A stretch of 64,000 bases of DNA from NCBI GenBank assembly GCA_046563655.1, contig CM102287.1, forward strand, positions 4,588,001 through 4,652,000, given 5' to 3'. Below, one piece after another: positions 13,018 through 25,600 of the stretch; position 1 is the stretch's first letter; the number at the start of each line of letters is the position of its first letter. This DNA comes from Yuukianura sp. NJ FZ-2021. Lineage: Eukaryota. The notes beneath the pieces are model-generated. The model was not told where the DNA came from. It did not search any database and saw nothing but the letters and a program-made list of their open reading frames with translations. The position numbers and the translations under genes are program-made.

Positions 13018-15554
13018 TTACCCCTTGGTTGTTCGGCACCAAGTGGCTCCTACGGAGTGGTACTCCACGAACTGCTGCAGTTCAGTAACTCTTGCGTACA
13101 TTCCCTACAGCCAAGTTATATTAATTATCATTCTATTTATAATTAATTATCTAAAATTCATTAAAACTTTCATACCGGTTTATGGTACTGAGCACAGCCC
13201 TCACCCCAGCTCACAATCCCAATTTGAACCCATTGGTTATTCGGCTGCTTCAGAGAAAGTGGACCTGTGTCAAAGGTCAACAGGTCAAACTCAGGTCAGC
13301 AGTTTATAAAAACAGAAACTCCAAAAAGTTTGAACTCACCTCCAGAATCACCCTGTAATCAAATTAAAAAAAACGTAATCAATTTTTCCAAAAGCAAATA
13401 TTTTCGAAAGTTACTCGACAAAGAACTTACAGTGCAAGCATCTTTGACACCATCCTCGTAACTGAGAAAACGTGTTGTAAGTTTTAAAAAGTTTGACCTT
13501 TGACCTTTCCAGATTAAAGAAAAGCTTACCCAGCACAAAGCATTCTGGGGGTCAGCACATTTTCAGTCCAACTCTGGCAAGTCTCAAGGTTAAGGACAGG
13601 AACAGCCAGTTTCTGAAGAGCTCGACTGAAAATTGTCAAAAATTGGGCCTGATCGTGTTAAAATTATCAAATTCAGTGTAAAATTTTTATAAAGCAAATC
13701 CCTGTATCATACGTAGTTGCACCAGCACTTTCATGTCCCAGGCCCCACCCGACAACCATCGGCATTTCCTTTTCGTAGAGGTCAGTGGTCCCCACAGGGG
13801 GAAGGCAGAGTGGCGTAGGTGCATCGGGGTGGGTAAGGTCAATCTTTCTGTCCAACTTAAGCAGAGCAACATCGTAGTCATAGCTGTCAGTGAACAACGG
13901 ATGCCCAATGATGTCCACCACTTTGAATCGCTGCGTCTTCTCCTCAATGTCGGTCAACCGCGTTTCGTTCCATCCAGAGGCCTGAACTGACCCACTCTCT
14001 CTACAGAAATAGTTAAATTGGTCAATAAATTGGCAAACACTGTAATTAAAATGACTGTTAATTGCGGACCCCAATTTGACACTTTCGTTGTGGTGTGCCA
14101 AGATGGTCATGTCCAGAAGTCGAGCGTGGAACAGCACATCGATGTCCACCGGCTTCGTTTTGGCAAAGTAAAAACTAAAAACACAGAAAAAAAAACATTT
14201 TGGAACTAAGTACTTTGGCAGCATTTTTTGTCGCAAATATTTTGTCTTACCAATGAGCGGCGGTGAGGACATATCTGGAATTGATAATACCTGGAAAGGA
14301 GTTAATTAGAAATTATACGTTATGTATTAAATATATTATAAAATATAATATTAAAATCTAGATTTAACTAGACTTACTGCCTCCGCAGATCGGTGACCGC
14401 GTTCCACTGGTGACAATTGCAACTTGCCAAGGAAATTCGTTCATCTTGGCATTTTCTCCGCCCACAATTCGATCATCCTTATTCTGCAATCCACAAACTA
14501 AAAAAAACATAATAAAATATTTGATTTAACTATTTTAAAATAAAAAGTAAAGATTTTAATACAATTGTAATAAAACTGGACGTACCACATCGAAATTCTT
14601 CCTTCTTTCCAGTGTCGCCTGACTGCAATACGTTGGCATTTCCTTGAAATCAAAATTCCATTTAAGCTGAAAACTAGTACCTACACATTTTTCTAAAAAA
14701 AAAACGGTGATTTCGAAAACTAAAACTTCTTATTTGAAATGCTGACCTCCGGAGCATCTCGCCTCACACTTGAACCCTGTGTGCCCATCTCCTTCAACTG
14801 TTGCTTTGAACTTGACGTAGAGGTCACGTTGGTTCTGTGACGCCCTGACTGGTTTGGCGAACTTGTCTTTGCCACAAAGCTTCTCAACTCCGCCCACTCC
14901 GTCAGAAATTTCCAGCGACTCGGCGTCACATTCCTCCGTCTGTGCCAAGTTGAACTCATGGCACACAATTTCCGGAGTACAGGTCTTGTCACCCTAAATA
15001 CACACAAAAAAACACATTGACCTTTGACCTCAACTTGACCTTTGACCTTGAAATTCCTGTATTTACCACAAAAGTCCATGCGCACTCGAGAGAACTCGGA
15101 TGTTTCTGGTCTGAGCCATAAAACGGGGAGGTAAAGGTCACGCTTAAAAGTTCCTGCAACTTGTAACCAGCTCCGCATCCCTCTAAAAATATATTATACA
15201 AATTCATACATCAATTATAATAGTAATATGTTTTTGGTTGACCTTTAGAGGTCAACAGGTCACCAAAGTTTTTCACCTTACCCAAGTACTCCTGAATTGT
15301 CGCAGCTTTGTCATCCGCTCCGCGTTTCTTCTCCGCAGCAGCCGCTCCTGGGTCAATTTGCACCTTGTTCACAGCAGACACACTTCCAGTACTTTTCCCG
15401 TCAATTTCCTACAAATTCAACAACAAATTCAAATTCATATAGTTTCCATTAAAATAATACAAAAACACATAATAAAGTATTTCGAAGCAATTTTTACAAT
15501 TAAACTCAGAAGTAAGAAAGTGCAACAAAATTCAATCCAGCGTTTCCGTTCCAT
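13018..15554 (-). CDS. Secreted CUB-domain trypsin-like serine protease
   Basis: Signal-like start MERKRWIEFCCTFLLLSLI. CUB domain (FTSPFYGSDQKHPSSLECAWTF...CDAESLEISDG...KLCG...GFKCEARC). Activation site CGLQNKDDR|IVGG. Triad VLTAAHC, DYDVALLKL, DACTGDSGGPL. Ends GMYARVTELQQFV...WCRTTKG*. About 13 short GT-AG exons. Confidence 0.92.
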
Positions 15555-16245
15555 TTTGAATTTGAAATTAATTTCAAAATGTAAAACAGAAATCCACGTA
15601 TGGCCCAACTCAACTGAAAAAAAGTTCGTCGCTGAATGTAATACGTCCAGTTCAACCTACTTTGTGGTTCGATGGAACAATTACGACTATTTTTACGATT
15701 ACTTTTACCATTTCTTAGAAAATACATGCGGAAGCAATATGGACTTCACAAGAAATCGGGGTCAACTTACTTCCTAGTTTCATCCTATTAATTTGTATTG
15801 TAATTTAAGTAATTAAAAATGAAATGAAGAATTACTTTATTTAATTAATTTCAATCTTTAAAACAAAGCTATCGTAATGCCAGCTCGAAATAATTGAAAA
15901 ACTGAACGACACATAATCTCTTCAAAATTCTTGCGAAAGAATTTCTGCATCTCAGAAACTCCTGCAAAAGAATTTACGAATTTCAAAATTCTGGCAACAG
16001 GATTTTTGCAATTTCAATTCCATGCCTACTGTAAATTGCAAATTCAAATTCCCATGGAAAACGAAAACGATGATGAAATAAACTTACTACCAAAGTTAAA
16101 TAATTTGAGTTCCAAATTTTCACCAAAAAATGATTATTTTTGTGATGAATTGAATATTGGAGCGATTGTTTCAAAAGATTTCATCTACATTCGCGCATAA
16201 ACTGAAATTAGCTATTTCGTCAGAACTTGAATTTGAAAACTAAAA

Positions 16246-19200
16246 ATGGCTTCTGCACAAGCAAAGGCAAAACCGGGAGCCAAAGATGCGAAACGTCGTA
16301 AGGAGGAAGCTGACATGGATGTTGTCATTCGTTTTTTCGACTCTTACTCCCGAACTATGGAGGGGATTCGGAAACCGCTGGAAGAAATGCAGCAAAAGAT
16401 GGATGAGCTTGACGATGCCGTTTATCAGGGGCTGGGGCTCGTTGAGGACAAAGTTCTCACGCAAGGAATCACGGAAGGAGCCTCCCGAAATGGAATCTAT
16501 GGCGTCGCTGACCTTATTTTCAACTCACATCTCCAGGTTTCTCCCAAGAAATTTGAAACTTTCAAAATTTTAATTTCAAATTTCAAAAATCTACAAAAAT
16601 CTAGGAGTACTTTGGAATCACCAAAGACGGAGAATTGCTTCATTTTGATTGGACAGGCAACACTTTGCCTGCGCCCAAACCAACTAAACCATTTACCAGA
16701 TTCATTCACTGCGGTGCCACTCCAATGTACATTTGCTGGACTGCCAAAAAATCTGGATTCTTTCTAGCCAGAGAAGACTGGACATTTGTCATTGACGCTG
16801 TGGCCATAGCCCCTATTGCGTAAGGTCAAAGGTCAAGGTCACCAAAATTTGGTCTCCGAAGTTAATTTAACATAACTTTCGCTGTAGAAACATTGTTTCC
16901 GGTGGGCGAAAAAGTGACGACGGATTTGAGTTTTTCATCATTTCGGGAGCAACGCTGAACGTAAAAATTTCACTTCAGCGTCATGTGACTGCACAGATTT
17001 TTCAAAATTTCACGCTTTTTTCACTTTTCAGCGCTACAGTTACCATGCATCTACCAATTTGATGACTCTGCAAGACGCTTTGACTTTGTCAGATATTGAA
17101 GCTGAAGGATCAAGTATTGAACTGACATGTTTCGATGACCCCAAAGATGACCGGAAACAGTGGATCTACTGTACTTTTGGAACAAGCTGTACAATCATAG
17201 ATGTCACCGGCAGAGTTCATGGAACCAAGAGAAATCTTCACCGTTACAAAATCACTGCAATCGCTGCCACTGGCGGATCCGATTTTGTGGTCACTGGAGA
17301 TGACAAGGGGCTCTGTAATCCAGAAAACCAAAAAATTCATGACCTTTTTGTGACCTTTGACCTTGTGACCTTTTGCAGTAAAAATATGGGGTCAACGCTG
17401 GGCTTACCTCGGAGAAGTCCAGGCTCACCACGGCCGTATTACGCATGTCATTGAACATCCAGATCCATTCGCTCGTGCTTCCATTTCGTTCGGAAAAGAC
17501 CAAAAACTCGTAGTCGTTTCCTTCAACAGTCTGAAAGAAGTGAGTTAAAGGAGTATAAGTTTCCAAGTAACATTGACCTTTGACCCCGAGCGACCATTTG
17601 ACCTTGACCTTTGACCCTACAGATCGAATCCTTGGAAATGCCAGAAGTAGCTACCCGGGTAGTTGTAAATCCGTTTAGAAAAGGATTTATGACACAAGGA
17701 CCGAGAAAAATCATCATGTGGAAAATGAATTCACTTCTTTCTCTGCGCCAATCAACCACGTAAAATTTTCTTCAAAAATTTCAGATCATTGGGTTCAATA
17801 ATTTAGTTTTCATTTCATCATGATAATCTACGAAACGTAAATTTTGAAAACGAAAATTTCATAAGAGTTCTATTTGATTGAATTTTTTAATTGATTTTAC
17901 TTCTCTTCAAAATTTTATGAACTAAACCAGAAATTTTTGGGATTTTTTTTTCCAAGAGCACCGGTTGTCCGGATGCTGCTGTCAGCTGACTGTGGTTTGC
18001 CACGACAAGTTGTTGCGACATGTTCAGACAACGCTGTCCAAATCCTAAACGCTGCTTCTGGACAAGGAATGACTTCTGTGCTCATTCACCCAATGGAACC
18101 AACGACACGAAGTGTCGCCTACCGTCGTCAAGTTAATGCAGACACTCTCTATGCCCTGGTTGACAACGACGCCATGTTAGACCTACAACAGTTCGACTGT
18201 CGCGCAAATCCAGCTCGTTTGATTGAAACATGGCCAGAATCCAAGTGGAACGTTGGTATCACTTGCGTCACGTTTTTTGAACACAATCCAAAAATTACGA
18301 TCGCAGAGAAGGAACTGGCGTTTACCAAAAGTAATTCAAAATTTCAAAAAGTTCAAAACACACAAGTTATTGGATTTTAAAATTTCGGAATTTTGAAAAT
18401 GTAATTCTTCCAGGACGAAAAGCAAAGCAAATGGCTAAGCAATTCTTACTCTGCGGTCGTCGTGACGGTTGTTTGGTCATAGTTGACATTGACACAGGGG
18501 CAATGGACAGTGTCACTCAAGGTCACACGGGAAGTGTCACCTATATTGAAATTGACCATCAGCTGAACCAATTCATTTCACTGGGAACTCTACCATCTTT
18601 ACGTCTATGGAAAATTGGACAAACTGAAGATGAGCGATTGCTTCCACTAATGGACGTCACGTGGAAGCATCATCCAATCAGCATGGGATCCATTCTGCGC
18701 AATGTCATTGCGTTCGTCCTTGACCACAAAGAGTCCAACCAGTACAAAGTCGTCATGTTCAACACTCTTCTAGCCGGTACAACGAAAATTTCAAACAAAA
18801 AATAAGTTCTCCAATTTTCAAAAACTTGCACATTAATTTTCAAAATTTGCCAACATTTTCAGAAAAATTTGAACACGACGCTGAAAACGGCCACAAAAAG
18901 GAGATTTTATCCATTTCGGCTTGCCGAGAGTTGTCTATTTTCTGTACAGCGTCGCTAGATGGAACTCTCATGGTCCGGAGCAACAAGAATATCGTGTATC
19001 GCGTAAGTTTGTAAATTTACGTAAAAATCGTAAATTTTTACGGATTTACAAAACTCCTAAACTTTTACAAATTTTCGTCGTTGTGACTATTTGTTACAGG
19101 TGATTGTTCTTAACGCAATTCCGAGTTGTGCCATATTCGCTACCGGGCAAGGCGACATTTTCGTTGGAATCGAAAAGGAGATTTACGCCATCCCAGCTCA

Positions 19201-19713
19201 AAAACGTTAGTACTTTTCCCCAGGAAGGTCAAAGGTCAAGGTCACCACTAAATTTCTCACCTTGCCCCAATAGATTTGTCAATCGTAGCAAGAAACCGTG
19301 CGCTGGACATGGGTCCAACACCAGGAGCCGTTGAACCGCGAATCAGCGCTTCCTCGAGAGCTGTACGAGACAAACGGTTCCAAGCCGAGGAAGAAACTCA
19401 TCGTGACCTTGAGGCTTTACCGGTAGTGACTCCGATTGATCCTGAGCCTGACTCTCAACAAGCTCGTGACCTTGAGGTCATGCGGCTCATCAACGACGAC
19501 ATTAAGAAGATCATCAAAGGTCAGCATCCCCTTGACCCCATCATTCCAGACTTCCACAACATGTCCAAGAAAGAGTGGGACGACTTCGGAAAAAGTATTT
19601 ACGGAGACGACGGAGAGAATCGCAAATTCTTCGCTTCCGAATCCCGTCTCGCGGCTGCGATGAAAATGCAAGCAGCCGGACCCGATTTGGACAATTTTGC
19701 AAACATTTCCTAA
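16246..19713 (+). CDS. WD40-repeat protein, resembles WDR97/WDR87 family
   Basis: Spliced exons 16246-16536, 16605-16819, 16888-16960, 17032-17314, 17379-17539, 17623-17759, 17957-18330, 18414-18776, 18863-19002, 19100-19205, 19274-19713 keep one frame. WD-type motifs: VVTGDDKGLLKIW, QGHTGSVTYIE...LRLWK, GHKKEILSISAC...CTASLDGTL, and RVIVLNAIPSCAIFATGQGDIFVG. Family assignment is from memory of WDR97-type sequences. Confidence 0.75.
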
Positions 19714-22697
19714 AAAGAAACAAAATGTTAAAAAAAAATCGACCAAAAATAAATAAATCATAAAAAAAAAACTACAGAAAAATTTGACTAAAAATACTGT
19801 AGTTGCAATATTCCTTGCTGTATCCTGTTGACCTCATTTCTGTTGAACATTTTCAACATAAAGGGTGCCGTTTGACCAATCCTAGTAATGCATTTTCTAA
19901 AAATACAAAAGAATAGTATTAAATCAATAAAAAATACAACAACACCATAAAATAAAAATCTTTGATTCGTTCCTCAGAATGTAGATCTCATTTCTGTTGA
20001 ACTTTTTTCCACAAAATTCATCAAGTATCATTTGATCTGTGCTAGTTAAGACTTTTGTTGGATGGAACAGGAGTTATAGGATCGTAATTAGGTTTGTTCC
20101 GTGAGGTTACATCCTAACGAGGTTTGTTTATTCCTTGAATTAAGGCTAGGAATAGGCGTGTCTCTCTGACTTCATAATAATAATAATTATACCCCTCTTC
20201 TTCAAACCAAAAAGTTACAGCAAGGGACCCCTTCCCAGAGCCCTTAAGTCCCTTGCTCCAACGCATCTAACTACTCAATTCTCAATTGCTTCTTACTTTT
20301 CATTTCTGAATTTCTATGCCTCATTTCACTTACTTTATGCCCTCACATGCTACGCAGCATTTCTGACTGGAAATGCTACTTTTTTCAAATTCTAAAAACA
20401 CATTATTTTAGACAACCTCCTTAACGATTCTTCCTGCTTCATTTACAAAACAGAAATGCTTTGGCACATACTTTCATACTTGAACTCATTACCTCAACCG
20501 CAAGCCCTCAATGAACCCTTTCATACAAAATGATCAACAGAAAATTTATCAACACGTTTCCTCAAAAAAGTGTGTAAAAGTAAAACTGGAAAATAGATGG
20601 AAGAGGGGAAACTAATAAAACATCAAACAGTTTTCAGTCGTTGAAATTTTTGACGTTTGTGAATGGCGTTTAGTCCAAATCAATTTTTGCCTGGTCAGGA
20701 TTTGAAACACAGAAAAAGCAAACGTCAACGTTTTCAAAAAATCAAAAAGTGTGTCTTTTTTTTAAATCGGAAAATGTTGTTTGTTTTCAAAAACTTCAAA
20801 ATATCAAAATTTAGTTTTCCTTTCATTTAAATTGTTGCTTTCCAATAATTCCTCGTCCAATTTCAAACTGCTCTCAGTTTGAACCTTGTTTGTAGAGTTC
20901 GTGCTTCGTATTTTTTTTTTACTTTTCTCGTTTAGTGTAGAAATGTTGAAATGCTGAGGGAGTTTTGTGCCCCCTGAGGGAAGGTCTAAGCCTATCTCGT
21001 TTGTAGAATGATTTATGACCACAAAAAATCCTAAGGGCCCTCGCCCTTCATCCCTTAAAAATTCACAGCTTGAACAACCCCATCTTCCCTCCTATTGTTA
21101 CATCCAAGCACAGCATTGAATTACAAAAAGAACAACTTCCACCACCACTACAAAAAATCAAAGATCTTATCCAACGTTACTTTGGAAATGGAAATCCCAG
21201 AGCCCTTAGCAAGCATCGCCAGCATCCCAAAGTATTTTCAATTCCACTCCTCCGCCCATCCACTTGCTCTTGAGCAGAGTCAAGGGCTCAAGTGGGCCCT
21301 TAACCCTACCACCACGAAACTGGACCCAAAAAAGACTAAAACCAACAAAAAGTCACACAAGTAGGGAGATCAAATGATACTTCTCCAGCACATCACGTGA
21401 GTGTGCACCCAGCATAAGATGTGCTGGCTGCACACATCATGATGTGCTGTCCAGACCAAAACAGATTTTCATTTTTCTTTCAAAAGAAATCTTGTTTTGC
21501 TTGTCAGTCACTCAGGGGTGGGAGAGCAATTTAGCATTTCCTCCCCGTGGTTATGAAAAACCTGCCAAAAATGTGAAAACTCAAACTTCTTTAGAATTTT
21601 CATGAGTAATTACTTTGGTAGTTCGTAATTATCCGATTAGCAACTCGTTTTTTCCACATTTCCACCTTACCTCTTAGCAACAAAGTAATTAATTTTCACA
21701 AATCCACTTCTCAGGTTTAACAAACACAAAAATTATGGATCCACCCTCATCCTAAATCTTTCAAATCTTTAAAAACTTGAAAAATTCCATCATCTCCTCC
21801 TTTTTAACTCTGGTTATGATTTACCACCAAGACCAGTTTTGACTCCCTAAAAGTCAAGGACTACTCAACTCCAAACACTTTTCGTCAATTACCTACAATT
21901 TGATCAACAACAATTTCGTCAACAACAATGCGTTCAACAAAACCACACTATCCCCAATCTTGAATCTCAAAACAGAACTACTACAAAAACTTTTAAACTT
22001 TTTTGTTGACCTTTTTGTTGTCGACATAATTGCATCCAAAAACTAGTTTCAAATGTCAATTCAAGTGGCCAAGTGAAAAGGCAAATGTGTCTGTCCATAA
22101 CTCATTCTCCCTTCTTCAAAAACCAAGTCTGGATGTGGATTTATGAGTTTTGGAAATACACTCCTGTCTTTTCAAAAAAAAGAAATGTCGACTGAAACAA
22201 AACGAAGTAAAACGAGATTCGAAGGGAAGGAGAGGGGGACTTAAGGGTCCCTTCGAAAAACCAGATGAGTGTGTGTCTCTGCAACACTGTCAGTAATTTT
22301 CAAGACAAAAGAGAAGCAAACAAAGGGGACTCCAAAATAAACACAACATCTCGCCTCCAAATCTCGCTTTTAACTTTGTTGCATCCCAAGCCGAGAGACT
22401 CACAGAGTCACACAAAACCTAAGAAAACTTTCAAATTTTTTTAATTCTTTCAAAAACTTTGAAAATTTTTAACTTCCGATACTAAAAGAAACTTAACTGT
22501 ACTAAAATTCTAAACATCTCTACTTCTGCTTAAACATAACTCTAACCAACCTCATATTCGAACTAAACAAACTACAACGTAACATCAAGTTCAAAAATTT
22601 GAACACAAGTTCAAAAATTTGAAAATACCTAGTTAAAAAATTTTGTCTAAACTTCTAAAATCTAAAATAAATCTAAAAACTTAACAAAAAAGTAAAC

Positions 22698-25600
22698 TTA
22701 CACAATCGTCTCCGTTTTCCTCCAGGCTTCCAGCGTCAGCGGTTCTGGATTTCTGGCTGGCAGCGGCGGGAGCGGTGGCTGGTGATACCTCGGCCTCACA
22801 ATTCCCGCAAACTGCTTCGGGCAGTGACTGTGTCCGTGACCTTGCTCTTCATGGTGACCTTGACCTTCAAAATGACCTTGACCTTGACTCGTCCTCCCCC
22901 CAAGTGACACATAAGTCGTCGCTAAAGAGTTGACTGGCACTGGAACATGGAGTGGCATGGTCTTTGACCCCGCCCCCAGGGGGCACTGACTACCATCCGA
23001 TATCACTTTCGTCTCTTGTCCTCCAGTTAGACATTGCATTTTGGCTGTCCATGTTTCTGAAACAGCCTTCCAGGAAATCGTAGACAGTACCCAGGCACCT
23101 GAAAATGACAAAATAAATTACATAAACACGAAAATAAATTTGAAACGTCACAAAATAAATTTGAGCCGTCACAAAATAAATTATTTGAAGACAAGCAGAA
23201 GCTGTTCTTTCTCAAGTGGACCGAGGAGTGAAAAGTCCACAGTTTTGGAGGTTCTTGTCCAAACAAAAGGAAGAAGGGCTTTCAAAAGGTCACAAGAAGA
23301 GTGATGTGACTTGACACTTTTCAAAAGCCTCTTCTTCAACACGCTGCATTCCTCTCCATCAAACTTTCATCTTCAAGTCCCGCTTTAAAGGGGACTTCAA
23401 GTCCCTCTCTTCTTGAAAAAGTCACATCCAGAACAGTTCTTTTCCAAAACAACCGCGAGGGAAGTCAAGCGCAGAGTCAAGGAGTATGAAGGGAGTAACT
23501 ATTTTGTTTTTACCTGCAGTCAGGCCTGGAATTAGACTCATGTTGAGACGGAGCAGTAAAATCTCAAGATTCGGTCGTCCATGACCGCTTTCCCAGGAGT
23601 CTCTGTGCTCGTATTCATAGGCCAATCCACCCACCTAAAGAACAAAACCACCAAAATTAGCTTATTTTGAAATTTTAAAACTGGGATAACACATTTCCAC
23701 TTTTAGGTTGCAAAAATAGTACGAAATTCTTTCAACACTTGCAAATTCGCCATTTCAATAGATTTCGAGATTGAATTCCACTCAAAAATTCAATGTAACA
23801 ACATATGCAATTTTTCTTTTGAAACGATTAGTTAGGAAACTTAGATGAATGTGAAATACATCCTTGAACAAGTCAAAAAAAAAACTGCACTTCGACTTTT
23901 TCGAAATATAAATTTCAAAATTTTGAAACTCTAACCTGAGAAGCCAGTGGAATGATATGAACGAACGCAAAAATGCCAATTCTGTTCCAGCTTGCTTTTC
24001 CATCCACAGCGTCTCTCCTGCGCTGAAAGCGATTCACCGGTTGCGAATTGAAGAAACTCGGACTCGTATCTTCCTGATCCTGAAGCGAATCCTGCCTGTA
24101 ACTCTGATGATGATGGTGACACATTGAGTTATGCGTTGGTGGCAGTACGAGTACTGGCGAATAAGCATGATTTTGCCTAGCAGTACTTTCTGGATTAGAA
24201 GTTTTCGTTTTTCTGAAACAGCAAATGGTCGGAATCCAGTTCGGACAGACTCGTGAAACTCCGCCAAGGAAAAGAGCAGTTGAGCCCAGAAAGAGAGCAG
24301 TGCCCATCGGAACCAGCACAAAGACCGTCAGAGCATCCGAATCCTACCGGGAAAAAAAGAAAAACGAAATTAAATCCAAATCAAAAAAGCCAAAAGACAT
24401 CTCAGATTACGAAACTTTTTCAAAGAAATTTCAAAGAGTAGAAAAAAGTTCAGCTGCTCGGAGTTGCGGCGAAGCTTAAAGCGGCTTCTTCTTGAAGAAA
24501 TTTAAGCCATTGTGCCCATTGTAACGAGCGTTCTGGACGGAATCGCTTTGAAAATTTCTTCATTTCTCTTTCAAAATTTTCATTTTCGTAATGAAAAGAG
24601 TGAAAAAACTGAAAAACGACCAAGTTTACCTGGAATCCGATTCCACAGAGTCCACTGAGCTCATCTGCTTCTACTTTTTTGTAAATCAGGGCCGTCGCAG
24701 ACAGGATAAAGGGCGTTGCCCAACACACGCAGTGAGACCAACTTTGTTCTTTCTGCTCAAAACAAATTCGGACGTTCATCGACAGAGATAGCATCCAGGA
24801 CAGGGCCAAAATGAGCCACCTACAACAAATTCAAAATCAAAATGATCAACATCAAAAATCTCAACACATTTCCATTAATATTTACATTTTACATCAATAA
24901 TTCAAAAACTAAACTCCACAACATCCGTTCATTTTCCAAAAATGCTTTCATCATATTCGGAAACCCACAAACACAAGCTTTTTAGTTCCAATTTTCCACT
25001 CCCGTTACTCTTTTGTCAATTTTCCTTTTCCAAAATTTTCCAAACTGTCAAATCTCATTTGGGTTTTCAAAAAACGAACAAAAGCTTTTTTTGAAAAAAA
25101 AAAATCAAAAAAGTCTCCCGCCCCTACGTTCTAAGTACCAAATTATTCACAATTTCAAACAAATCTTCCACCAGAGTAAACCTAACCTTAGCCTAACACG
25201 CTGCTCAAAATTAGCCTAATTTTACTCCACAACCTAACCAAAAATAGAAAAAACTTGAGCACAAAAGTTACAAAAATTTTCATCTTAACAAAAACCTCTA
25301 ATCTCAAAATCCGTTCACTGTCACTCTCTCTATTCTCCTTAATTTTCCTAAAATTCTAAGAAGATTTAAGATTTGTAGTCAGTTTGGTCCGGCCCTTAGC
25401 ATTAAGGGCCCCCAGACGCCTTGCTGTGGATTAAGGGCTCCCAGAGAAGGACACCTTAACAAAAAGGTGACAAATGACAAATGGACCCCGTCCACCAACA
25501 ATGCATTCTCATTATCTGCCATCTTTAAAGGAAATGTGTGTCTCTGTCTCCTTGAGACACAACTTTTCAAAATTCAACTTAACGAAGCCCGAGAACATCT

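Noticed and set aside
19829..20049. Diverged ~60-bp duplication (ctcatttctgttgaac) after the WD40 stop
   Set aside because: An old local duplication with no terminal structure or coding potential.
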